Assembly: GCA_037444405.1 (NCBI GenBank)
Contig: JBBIML010000014.1
Coordinates: 1-64,000 of the forward strand
Source: Armatimonadota bacterium
GTDB taxonomy: Bacteria > Armatimonadota > Fimbriimonadia > Fimbriimonadales > GBS-DC
DNA length: 64,000 nt
Direction of reading: 5' to 3'
The notes beneath the pieces were generated by a model, which worked only from the letters and a program-made list of their open reading frames with translations, searched no databases and was not told the DNA's origin. Below, piece after piece: positions 34,334-42,820 of the stretch; the first letter of the stretch is position 1; the number at the start of each line of letters is the position of its first letter. The position numbers and the translations under genes are program-made.

Positions 34334-35656
34334 ATGGAAAAGTCGAGCCAATCGTCCTATGCTTGTACGGACAGGGTCCGTGAGCAGATTGCTCTCCTGC
34401 GAGATGATCATTACTTATACGAGGGGGAGAGCTGGGACTATGCTGACGCCGACACGAAAACCCACACGCACTGTTACCATGTCTACCCTGCGATGATGAT
34501 TCCACAAGTGGCGCGAAGGTTGATTCGCTTATATGGTTGCTCTCGTGGAACACTCCTTGATCCTTTTTGTGGTTCTGGAACCTCGTTGGTCGAGGCACGG
34601 TTGGCTGGTATGCATGGGGTTGGCATCGACATCAATCCGTTTGCCGTGTTTTTGACAAGAGCCAAGACGCAGATATTTGATGTTGATCAAGTGCTGAATC
34701 AAGCAAGGCGGCTACGCTCCCTTATCGATCATAAACTGAAACATCGAGAGAAAGTAGAACCACCTCGATTCTTCAATATAGACTATTGGTTTAAGAAAGA
34801 AGTTCAAATTGATTTATCAATTATTAAGGAACTAATTTTTGATGAAATCGATTCTTCGGTACGCGACTTCTTTCTGGTAGCATTCGCGCATACGGTACGG
34901 GAATGTTCAAACACGCGCAAGGGCGAATATAAGCTCTACCGCATTGCCGAACAGGAGCTAAGCTCATATCACCCACAGGTATTTTCGACCTTTTGGGAGA
35001 AGCTCGCTCAGAATCTGCGGGGTTTGATGGAATTTGTTGATGAAGCTGATCCGGCAACCCGAGCGATCGTCCTTCAGAGTGATGTGCGCTGCCCACAACC
35101 CATCGAGTCTGAGTCAGTAGACTTGATAGTTACCTCACCGCCATACGGAGATTCACAAACAACGGTGGCATATGGTCAATTTTCTCGCTTAGCACTTCAG
35201 TGGTTAGGTTTAGAGGACGATCAAGTCAAGAGCATTGATCGCAAGAGCTTGGGGGGAGCGGAGCGAGCAGCCAAAGTAGGCTACGAATCAGCGACATTAG
35301 CGCAAATCCTTGAGCAGATTCGTCAAAAAGACTCAAAACGAGCCAAACAGGTAAAACAGTTTTATGACGATTTTGCAGAGTGTTTTCCAGAGATAACGCG
35401 CACTGCACGCAAAGGGGCACATGCTTGCTTCGTTGTCGGAAATCGTACGGTTAAAGGCGTGCGTATTCCCACAAACAAGATTCTGGTCGAAATCGCCGAA
35501 TGCTTTGGCTGGAGTTACTGTACCACCTATCATCGTCGTATTCCTAACAAGCGAATGCCTCTACGCAACAGCCCATCGAACAAACCAGGTGAGTTGTGCG
35601 ATACGATGACCGAAGAGCATATCGTAGTGCTACGCAAAGGTGGCTGCAATGAGTAG
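34334..35656 (+). CDS. Site-specific DNA methyltransferase, probably N4-cytosine
   Basis: DPFCGSGT (motif I) precedes TSPPY (motif IV); low GC. Confidence 0.92.
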   Translation: MEKSSQSSYACTDRVREQIALLRDDHYLYEGESWDYADADTKTHTHCYHVYPAMMIPQVARRLIRLYGCSRGTLLDPFCGSGTSLVEARLAGMHGVGIDINPFAVFLTRAKTQIFDVDQVLNQARRLRSLIDHKLKHREKVEPPRFFNIDYWFKKEVQIDLSIIKELIFDEIDSSVRDFFLVAFAHTVRECSNTRKGEYKLYRIAEQELSSYHPQVFSTFWEKLAQNLRGLMEFVDEADPATRAIVLQSDVRCPQPIESESVDLIVTSPPYGDSQTTVAYGQFSRLALQWLGLEDDQVKSIDRKSLGGAERAAKVGYESATLAQILEQIRQKDSKRAKQVKQFYDDFAECFPEITRTARKGAHACFVVGNRTVKGVRIPTNKILVEIAECFGWSYCTTYHRRIPNKRMPLRNSPSNKPGELCDTMTEEHIVVLRKGGCNE

Positions 35657-36503
35657 CTGGGAGGAGATTGCGAAGGAAGTGCGTGGCACAAAGGGATTAG
35701 CGGCAAGACTGCGGAAGCGAATACCTAATCCCGCAAAATTAGCAGCCGAGGCGCAGAAAAGAATCCTTGGAGACCCTCCACAGAAAGTTATCTGTGATGG
35801 AAATCTGAACAAAATTTTATGCAATCTTTTTGATATTGAATACCAAATTTATTTAGAGTTTGAGCGTAAAGCTTTTGATGATATAGTTGATATTGCACTC
35901 GGGCTGGATAACGGCTCTCACATAAGGCAGACTGTGGAGGAAAGTCTACAGATTGTCCAAGGCGGCTCTCTGTCACCTAATGAGGTACTTAAACAAATCT
36001 CAAAAAATCTGCTTCCAATCCATAAAGCTGTAGCAGAATCGTTTGCTCAAAGTCGTAAAAACCGAGCGGGAGGCAGTGCCCAGTACCATGTTGAGTTCGT
36101 TCTTAACCAACTCGGATATGCTGGCAAGTACGAAAAGGCTCGCAAGCTGAACGGCACTGTTGATTTTTTGTTTCCTAACCTTAAAACTTGGGAGCAGGAC
36201 AGGCGCCGTTGCACTATCCTATCCGTTAAACGCTCTTTGCGAGAGCGGTATAAGCAAGTATTCGAGGAGCTTGCCATCACACGGGGGTTAACTGTATACT
36301 TGATGGTTACGGAGACCGAAAAGGAAGCAGAAAAAGACATTACAGACAAGAAAGTTGGAACTCTTAATTCACAAAATATATATTTAGTTGTCAGAGATGA
36401 AATTAAAGCCGAGAGATTTTCTAAAAGTGCAAATGTGCGTGGCTTCACGGAGTTCTTCTGTAAAGATTTACCATCTCTAAGCAGCCGTTGGGAGGTGGAT
36501 TGA
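35649..36503 (+). CDS. Type II restriction endonuclease, EcoRII-C/PspGI/SsoII-like
   Basis: QSRKNRAG, VDFLFP, SVKRSLRERYKQ; overlaps the MTase stop; low GC. Confidence 0.85.
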   Translation: MSSWEEIAKEVRGTKGLAARLRKRIPNPAKLAAEAQKRILGDPPQKVICDGNLNKILCNLFDIEYQIYLEFERKAFDDIVDIALGLDNGSHIRQTVEESLQIVQGGSLSPNEVLKQISKNLLPIHKAVAESFAQSRKNRAGGSAQYHVEFVLNQLGYAGKYEKARKLNGTVDFLFPNLKTWEQDRRRCTILSVKRSLRERYKQVFEELAITRGLTVYLMVTETEKEAEKDITDKKVGTLNSQNIYLVVRDEIKAERFSKSANVRGFTEFFCKDLPSLSSRWEVD

Positions 36504-36593
36504 TTGCAGATGTGCCGAAAATAGGGGGTATCTAAGCCCCCTCTCCACCTATGGAGCAGAAAAAGGAAGATAAGGGGGCGATATTTTTAGAAC

Positions 36594-37028
36594 CTACTTC
36601 GACTCGCCAGCGGATTGGTTGGCGGGCGGGTTGTTGAGCGGGATGGTGTAGCCTTCAGGTGCGCCGGGTGGGGCGATTCCGTACTGCCCTGTGCGCGGGT
36701 CGAACTGCACATCGCCCACGCGCGTGTCGGGCGGTGGTGAGGGATTCTGTTGCGGGTGCGGTTCGTTGCTCACTGTCGGTGGCGGCGCCTGATAGGGCGG
36801 CACGCCCGGCTGCGACGGGTTCTGATTCGGCGTTGCGGGCTGCTCGGCGTTGGGCACCTCAATCGGGGGCGGCGCGGTTTGAACCCCACGCTCAATCTCG
36901 GTTCTATACTGCTCGCGCTTCTCGCCCAGCGCCTCATGCACGGCGGTCTCGTTCAGCGGCTGACGGCGGCACCCGCCGAGTATCAGCACCATCGCCAGCC
37001 CCATCAAACCCCATCGAATGGCTTGCAT
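36594..37028 (-). CDS. Pro-rich lipoprotein
   Basis: Lipobox LGGC after a hydrophobic stretch. Confidence 0.75.
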   Translation of the reverse strand: MQAIRWGLMGLAMVLILGGCRRQPLNETAVHEALGEKREQYRTEIERGVQTAPPPIEVPNAEQPATPNQNPSQPGVPPYQAPPPTVSNEPHPQQNPSPPPDTRVGDVQFDPRTGQYGIAPPGAPEGYTIPLNNPPANQSAGESK

Positions 37029-37041
37029 CGTTTGACCTCTG

Positions 37042-38025
37042 CTAATATTGTGGCACATTCGCGTCCCATCCCACATAGAGAACCTCCTCTTCCAGCCAGA
37101 CGCCAAACCGCTCATGGACCGCCTGCTTCACTTTGTGCGCCAGCTGGTAGAAGTCGCTGGCGGTGGCATCACCGCGGTTAATGAGGAAGTTCGCGTGTTT
37201 GCGGGAGACGCATGCGCCGCCAATCTGATAGCCTTTCAGCCCGCACGCCTCGATGAGAAACCCGGCAGGCACGACGCCCGCCTCTTTGAGCGGTGCAGGC
37301 AGGTTCGGCAACCGCTCCGCCAGCTCGCGATGATACACATTCTTGAAGAAGCTGCCAGCGGACGATTCAGGGGGCTGCTTTTCGATGCGCTGGCGTTGCA
37401 GGTGGCGGGCGCGGTCAAAAATGGCGCGTTTCGAGTCGGGCGTCAGGCGCATCCGCACCGCTAATAAGGCGGTCGGCGGCGCGTTCGGTCGGCGCAGGCG
37501 ACTGTCCCGATAGGAGAACTGCATCCAGTCGGGCGAGACGCGCTGTCGCCGACCTTCCACCACCAGATCGATGTCGATCAGCAGGTCAGCGATATTCTGG
37601 CGGTAGGCGCCCGCGTTGGATACCAGCGCGCCGCCCAGCGTGCCCGGGATGCCGACGGCGAACTCCAGCCCGCTTAAGCCCTGCTGTGCCGCCTTCAAAA
37701 ACAGCTCGCGAATGGGAATGCCCGTCTCGGCGTAGGTCTCTTCGCCGATAATTGCCCGCTCACAAGCGTTATAGATGACCAGCGCGGGGATGCCCGCATC
37801 GCTGACCAGGATATTACTGCCGTGCCCCATAATAAAAGTGGGCACATGATGGGTTTGTGCCCACTCGCTGATTCGCGCGAACTCTTCCAGATCGCTCACC
37901 CTGTAAAAGAGCGCGGCGGGTCCGCCCACGCGCAGGGTGGTGTGCCGTCGCATCGGCTCGTTGCGCTGGAGCGGACGGGAGCAGAGCGGCGTCAGCTGGC
38001 GTGCCAGCGCGTCCCAGTCGATCAA
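37042..38025 (-). CDS. murB: UDP-N-acetylenolpyruvoylglucosamine reductase
   Basis: HTTLRVGGPA, G.GSNIL, GIPGTLGGA..NAGAY, SAGSFFKN, HANF. Confidence 0.96.
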   Translation of the reverse strand: MIDWDALARQLTPLCSRPLQRNEPMRRHTTLRVGGPAALFYRVSDLEEFARISEWAQTHHVPTFIMGHGSNILVSDAGIPALVIYNACERAIIGEETYAETGIPIRELFLKAAQQGLSGLEFAVGIPGTLGGALVSNAGAYRQNIADLLIDIDLVVEGRRQRVSPDWMQFSYRDSRLRRPNAPPTALLAVRMRLTPDSKRAIFDRARHLQRQRIEKQPPESSAGSFFKNVYHRELAERLPNLPAPLKEAGVVPAGFLIEACGLKGYQIGGACVSRKHANFLINRGDATASDFYQLAHKVKQAVHERFGVWLEEEVLYVGWDANVPQY

Positions 38026-38243
38026 ACGGCACGCACCACCTTGCCCGCCTTCAGACAGCGCGTGCAGACGCGAATGCGCCGCACGGTCTTACCGCCGTTC
38101 ACATACGCCCGCACCGTCTGCAGATTCGGCGACCACTGGCGCTTCGTGCGCGGTGCGCGATACCGCCACAGCCCCGAATGGCGATGTCGAATGTTCTGCC
38201 CAAACTGCGGTCCCTTGCCACAAATCTCACACACTCGTGCCAT
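38022..38243 (-). CDS. rpmB: 50S ribosomal protein L28 (Zn-binding CxxC type)
   Basis: MARVCEICGK, TKR.W.PNLQ, VCTRCLK. Confidence 0.96.
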   Translation of the reverse strand: MARVCEICGKGPQFGQNIRHRHSGLWRYRAPRTKRQWSPNLQTVRAYVNGGKTVRRIRVCTRCLKAGKVVRAV

Positions 38244-38506
38244 CGATGTCTCCTCCTGTTGAACCGATGGGTTATTGTACCCAACCGGTGCATCGTCGAG
38301 TATACTACAGAGCGTCGGTGGTTATTAAACGATCTGGCGGTATCGTTTAATAACCTGACCCCTTATTTAACATTATTTAACATTCGTTACATTCGGTGGC
38401 GGCGATGAAGCGCGGGAACATAGCGTGCAGACGCAACCGAATCTTCGTCTATGACCATTATCTGAACATTCTCAGCGAAGGCACGGAGCCGCTGTAAGCT
38501 GGAGAG

Positions 38507-39082
38507 CTATTCCGAAAGGTGTTGCCGATTAAAACGGCTCATCACGCGCTCGATGGGGTCGGTGAGCCAGCACTCGCAGGCATTCGCTGCGATCTCCAGC
38601 ATCTGGCGCATAAGGGGTTTCTCCGACTCGTCAAAGGGCGACAGCACATAGTCGGCGGGATCGACGCCTTCAGGCGGTGCGCCGATTCCCACGCGCAGGC
38701 GCGGGAACTCCTCCGTGCCAATCGCCTCAATAATGGAGCGCATCCCGTTGTGCCCGCCCGATGAGCCGCGCGGACGCAGGCGCAGAGTGCCTATTGGCAG
38801 CGCGATATCGTCGTACACCACCAGCATCTGCTGGGGGGTCAGCTGATAGGCTTTCAGCAGGGGGCGAACCGCCTCGCCACTGCGGTTCATAAAGGTCATC
38901 GGCTGCACCAGCAACACAGGCACGCCGCCGATCTCGCCCTGACCGTAGCGGGCATGATAGCGGTGGCGATTAAGCGGGATATTGTGTCGGCGAGCCAGCA
39001 GGCTGACGACCCAGAAGCCCACATTGTGGCGTGTGCCCGCGTATTGCTCGCCCGGATTGCCCAGCCCGATAATCGCTCGCAC
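38507..39082 (-). CDS. pth: Peptidyl-tRNA hydrolase
   Basis: GLGNPG..Y..TRHNVGF, TFMNRSG, GGHNG, RLRVGIG. Confidence 0.97.
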   Translation of the reverse strand: MRAIIGLGNPGEQYAGTRHNVGFWVVSLLARRHNIPLNRHRYHARYGQGEIGGVPVLLVQPMTFMNRSGEAVRPLLKAYQLTPQQMLVVYDDIALPIGTLRLRPRGSSGGHNGMRSIIEAIGTEEFPRLRVGIGAPPEGVDPADYVLSPFDESEKPLMRQMLEIAANACECWLTDPIERVMSRFNRQHLSE

Positions 39083-39105
39083 GCGCGGGATTGTACCCCA
39101 GCGCG

Positions 39106-39777
39106 TCAGGCGCGCACCGGCTCAAATATCTGCAAACCCGCGCGGTTCCAGTCGTCCAGAAACCGCTGGAGCCCGATATCGGTCAGCGGATGGTGGAACA
39201 GCTGTTCCAACACCTTGAAAGGCATCGTGGCGATGTGTGCGCCCAGCCGCATCGCCTCCACCACATGCATCGGATGGCGGATGCTGGCGACCAGCACCTC
39301 ACTGGGGAAGCCATAGTTTTCGACCATCTGCACCACATCTTCGATTGTGCGCATGCCCTCGCTGGCAACATCGTCCACGCGCCCGACGAACACGCTGATG
39401 AAAGTGGCGCCCGCCTTCGCCGCCAGCAGTGCCTGCGCGGGCGAAAAAACAAGCGTCATGTTGATGCGGATGCCTTCGCGGGAGAGGATGCGGGTTGCTT
39501 GAACGCCGGCGGGCGTCATCGGAATTTTGACCACGATGTTGGGCGCCCAGGAGGCAATCTCACGCGCCTCGCGCAGCATCTGATCCACCGTGGTGCCGAC
39601 CACCTCCGCGCTGATGGCGCCCTCGGGCACAAGCCGACACATCTCTACCACCGTCTCTTTGAACCCGCGCCCCGCTTTAGCAATCAGCGAGGGATTGGTG
39701 GTCACGCCATCGATGATGCCCCACTCGGCGGCTTGCTGAACCTCTTCGATCTGCCCTGTGTCCACGAACAGCTTCAT
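39106..39777 (-). CDS. tal: Transaldolase / fructose-6-phosphate aldolase family (short type)
   Basis: DGVTTNPSL, VVKIP, N.TL.FS, ASIRHPMHV. Confidence 0.9.
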   Translation of the reverse strand: MKLFVDTGQIEEVQQAAEWGIIDGVTTNPSLIAKAGRGFKETVVEMCRLVPEGAISAEVVGTTVDQMLREAREIASWAPNIVVKIPMTPAGVQATRILSREGIRINMTLVFSPAQALLAAKAGATFISVFVGRVDDVASEGMRTIEDVVQMVENYGFPSEVLVASIRHPMHVVEAMRLGAHIATMPFKVLEQLFHHPLTDIGLQRFLDDWNRAGLQIFEPVRA

Positions 39778-39794
39778 GCTGACACCTCGCACAC

Positions 39795-39868
39795 TGGCTG
39801 CCGGGGGTGGATTCGAACCACCACTACGGGATCCAAAGTCCCGCGTCCTGCCCTTAGACGACCCGGCA
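39795..39868 (-). tRNA. tRNA-Gln(TTG)
   Basis: Anticodon loop CTTTGGA, CCA end. Confidence 0.95.
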
Positions 39869-39945
39869 TCGGTTCCGATTATACCTGCTCAGTGCCTGCC
39901 CCGCAAAGAATACGGTTTTTTGCCAATCCCCGTAAGAGTATAGAA

Positions 39946-40110
39946 GTGCCGGGCGGGCGAAAGTGGCACGATACCATCAGCAGCGGGGTCAAGCCCCGAG
40001 ATGGCGAGTGGCAACCGCGGTGGCGGAGTAGTTGAAACGGCTCTCATCAGCACCGTCCAGCGCCACCGCCACACACCCCCTGCGGGACGCTTTTCCGCAG
40101 GGGGCTTTTT
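39946..40110 (+). ncRNA. Candidate structured small RNA of unknown family
   Basis: Several stems and a plus-strand terminator, with no plus-strand gene to explain it. Confidence 0.35.
40076..40110 (+). terminator. Intrinsic terminator
   Basis: CCCCCTGCGG/CCGCAGGGGG stem followed by CTTTTT. Confidence 0.75.
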
Positions 40111-40111
40111 A

Positions 40112-40217
40112 TAAAAAGTGAGAGGCGGGTGGGGAGGAGCCCGCCTCTCTTCGGGGTAGGGGAGGTGCGACCAAGTTTAGCAGGAGGTTCTCTGGTCAAC
40201 CTGTACCCTGTCGCCAC
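40112..40217 (-). ncRNA. Candidate CCUCC-motif small RNA
   Basis: GCCGATAA promoter box at 40224-40231, three CCTCC motifs, terminator at 40113-40149. Confidence 0.45.
40113..40149 (-). terminator. Intrinsic terminator
   Basis: GAGAGGCGGG/CCCGCCTCTC stem followed by ACTTTTT on the minus strand. Confidence 0.78.
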
Positions 40218-40248
40218 TCTCGATTATCGGCAGGTTGCCCCGAAATTT

Positions 40249-41016
40249 TTAGGGGGTTTTTGAGAGAAAGGCGTCCACATTCGCCTCGGTCTGCGCTGAT
40301 AGCTCGTCCAGCGGCATGCTCCAGAGTTCTGCGACATGGTGGGCAATCAGGGGCAGGTAGGCGGGTTCGTTGCGCCTGCCCCGATAGGGATGGGGCGCCA
40401 GGTAGGGCGCGTCGGTTTCTAACAGCAGGCGGTCGCGCGGCATCTGGCGCACAATCGCTCGCAGCGGCTCGGCGTTTTTGAAGGTAATCACGCCGCCAAT
40501 GCCCAGATAGTAGCCCATCGTCAGCGCGCGTTCGGCATGAGCCTCCGTGCCCGAAAAGCAGTGCAACACGCCGCGCACCGGCGAATATTCCGACAACACC
40601 TGAAGCAGCGGGTCATACGCCTCACGACAGTGAATGATCACGGGCAGCCCGCGCTCCTGCGCCAGCGTCAGTTGCGCGTGGAACGCCTCGTATTGTGCCG
40701 CGCGGGGCGACCAATCACGGTAAAAATCGAGCCCGATTTCCCCGATTGCGACCACGCGCGGATGCTGACTCAGCGCGCGCAACCGCTCGAGGGCGTCGGG
40801 CGTGCAGGCAGGCGCGTCGTGCGGATGGATGCCGACCGCTGCCCACAGCGCGGGCGACTGTTCGGCAAGCTGCACAGCGCGCTCACTGCTGGGCAGGTCA
40901 TAACCAATCACGATCAGTCGCGCCACGCCCGACTGCTGCGCACGAAAAAGAGCCGCCTCCCACTCCGAAAACAGCTGCTCGTGATTGAGATGGCAATGTG
41001 TATCAGTCCACTGCAT
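40249..41016 (-). CDS. tatD: TatD-family hydrolase
   Basis: DTHCHL, GIHPH, IGEIGLD, IHCREA, LHCFSG, ETDAPYL. Confidence 0.95.
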   Translation of the reverse strand: MQWTDTHCHLNHEQLFSEWEAALFRAQQSGVARLIVIGYDLPSSERAVQLAEQSPALWAAVGIHPHDAPACTPDALERLRALSQHPRVVAIGEIGLDFYRDWSPRAAQYEAFHAQLTLAQERGLPVIIHCREAYDPLLQVLSEYSPVRGVLHCFSGTEAHAERALTMGYYLGIGGVITFKNAEPLRAIVRQMPRDRLLLETDAPYLAPHPYRGRRNEPAYLPLIAHHVAELWSMPLDELSAQTEANVDAFLSKTP

Positions 41017-41215
41017 CGCTCGGCTCTCTAAAAGATACCTGACGCTGGCAGTGCTGGTGATGCTGAATCCACCGCAGGTAATGGTTCTGCTTCGGGGTGA
41101 ACAGGGCTGGGACTGGCAGAAGCCTGTCAAAGGGGATGAGGCAATCCCCTCGCGTATATTCTCCAATCTGGCGTTGACGCCCGCTCAAATATTTGCAGTT
41201 CAGGAGCCTGTTTGA

Positions 41216-41308
41216 TGGCGGAGAGGGTGGGATTCGAACCCACGATCCCCCTTGTGGGAGGATTCCCGATTTCGAGTCGGGCCCGTTCAACCGCTCCGGC
41301 ACCTCTCC
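41216..41308 (-). tRNA. tRNA-Ser(CGA)
   Basis: Anticodon loop CTCGAAA, long variable arm, CCA end. Confidence 0.95.
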
Positions 41309-41324
41309 CTGTGAGGTAGGGTTC

Positions 41325-41400
41325 TGGCGCCCTCGGAGGGATTCGAACCCCCGACGCCCTCCTTAGGACGGAGGCGCTCTATCCACTGAGCTACGAGGGC
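41325..41400 (-). tRNA. tRNA-Arg(CCT)
   Basis: Anticodon loop GTCCTAA, CCA end. Confidence 0.92.
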
Positions 41401-41407
41401 GCACGGC

Positions 41408-41483
41408 TGGCGCGCCCGGAGGGACTCGAACCCCCGCCCTCAAGGTCCGCAACCTTGCGCTCTATCCTCTGAGCTACGGGCGC
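41408..41483 (-). tRNA. tRNA-Arg(GCG)
   Basis: Stem CAAGG/CCTTG, loop TTGCGGA, CCA end. Confidence 0.93.
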
Positions 41484-41549
41484 GCGACGCTAATAGTATA
41501 CCCCACTGTCGATACCCTTTTGTCAAGAGGTGAACGCCGTTGCCTGCAC

Positions 41550-42722
41550 CTACTGCAGCGCTTCCACCTCCGGGTGCTTGCTGAAGAAGCGCTTGAGCGC
41601 AGGCCACACATCCTCTTTGGAAGTGATTTTGACGATGACCACGCGCGGGTCGTCGCCGAACGCCTCGCTGAGCGACTGTCCCAGCGGCGCCAGCCCACCC
41701 GACTGACCCCACAGGTCGTTGGCAATTTCGCCGTAGCCGACAAGATTCGAGTACTCCACCAGGCGGCGCATATACTCCACCACCTCGTGGTCGCCCCAGT
41801 TGTAGCCATCAGAGAACATGAAGGGGTAGATGTTCCACTCGCGCGGGTTGTAGCGCTTTTCGATGATGTCGAGCGCGAGTTTGTAGGCGGCGGAGAGGCG
41901 CGTGCCGCCCGAATCGCCCGCCGCGAAGAAGGCGTGTTCGTCCACCTCTTTTGCCTCCGTGTGGCAGGTGATGAACACAATCTCAGTGGCGGTGTACTTG
42001 GTACGCAGGAAGCGTACCATCCAGTAGTAGAAGCTGCGGGCGATGTAGGCTTCGAACTCGCCCATACTGCCCGACACATCGCGCATGGCGATCACTACCG
42101 CGTTGCGCTGCTTTTCGGGCACAATCTCCCAGCTTTTGAAGCGTTTATCTTCCTCACGGATCTCCCAGCCGGGGCGCCCTTCGCGCGCGTTGCGTTTCCA
42201 GGCTTCAATCAGCGTGCGCTTGCGGTCGAGATTGGCAGCGGAACCGCGCCGCGCGATGGTATCGAACCGCACCTGATCCGCCAGAATATCTTTGGTGCCC
42301 TTCTCGCGCAGGTTGGGCAAGTGCAGGTCTTCGAACACCAGCTGCACCAGCTCTTCGATGGTGAACTCGGCTTCGTAGAAGTCGACGCCCGGTTCCGTGC
42401 CTGCCTGCTTGCCTGCGCCCTGACCGTGCTGACCCGACCGCCCGATCACATCGCCGGGCTGGCTGCCGCCCTGACCCTGCCCGACGCCCTTCTTGCCGTG
42501 CGGGTCGAACCGAATGTGGGGCAGCTCCAGCCCCCGAATCGGGATTTTGATAATCTTGCCGTCTTCCGCCGTGATGATGTCCTGCTGGGCGATGATCTCG
42601 CCCAGATTCTCACGGATGACCTCTTTGACCTTCTCGTTATGGCGCAGCCGATCCTTCTCGGCGCGACGGTGCAAATCCCACGAGTCGGTCGACAGCCAGA
42701 AGCCCTGTGTGCGCTCTTGCAT
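41550..42722 (-). CDS. YhbH/YeaH (UPF0229, DUF444) vWA-like protein
   Basis: D..RH..KVKE.I..NL, MRDVSGSMG, SGGT..S.AY, NIYPF.FSDG.NW. Confidence 0.92.
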   Translation of the reverse strand: MQERTQGFWLSTDSWDLHRRAEKDRLRHNEKVKEVIRENLGEIIAQQDIITAEDGKIIKIPIRGLELPHIRFDPHGKKGVGQGQGGSQPGDVIGRSGQHGQGAGKQAGTEPGVDFYEAEFTIEELVQLVFEDLHLPNLREKGTKDILADQVRFDTIARRGSAANLDRKRTLIEAWKRNAREGRPGWEIREEDKRFKSWEIVPEKQRNAVVIAMRDVSGSMGEFEAYIARSFYYWMVRFLRTKYTATEIVFITCHTEAKEVDEHAFFAAGDSGGTRLSAAYKLALDIIEKRYNPREWNIYPFMFSDGYNWGDHEVVEYMRRLVEYSNLVGYGEIANDLWGQSGGLAPLGQSLSEAFGDDPRVVIVKITSKEDVWPALKRFFSKHPEVEALQ

Positions 42723-42820
42723 ATTAACGCCCCCATTAAAGAGTACCTCTTCGAGCAGCCGAAGGTTTCACCGCTTCTTGCAACGATTATCGGCATCAAG
42801 CCCAGATTGCCAGAGCGCCG

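Noticed and set aside
38365..38392. dif site
   Set aside because: Only the XerD-like arm matches; kept as an alternative within a finding, not called as a feature.
40026..40038. GTTGAAAC resembling a CRISPR repeat end
   Set aside because: No repeat-spacer periodicity and no cas genes in the window.
40007..40050. T-box-like GAGTGGCAACCGCG and hammerhead-like CTGATGA (minus strand)
   Set aside because: The T-box has an extra base and no downstream gene; the hammerhead lacks the GAAA after stem II.
41216..41483. tRNA cluster as an integration site for an island or prophage
   Set aside because: No integrase, duplicated tRNA 3' end or phage genes nearby.
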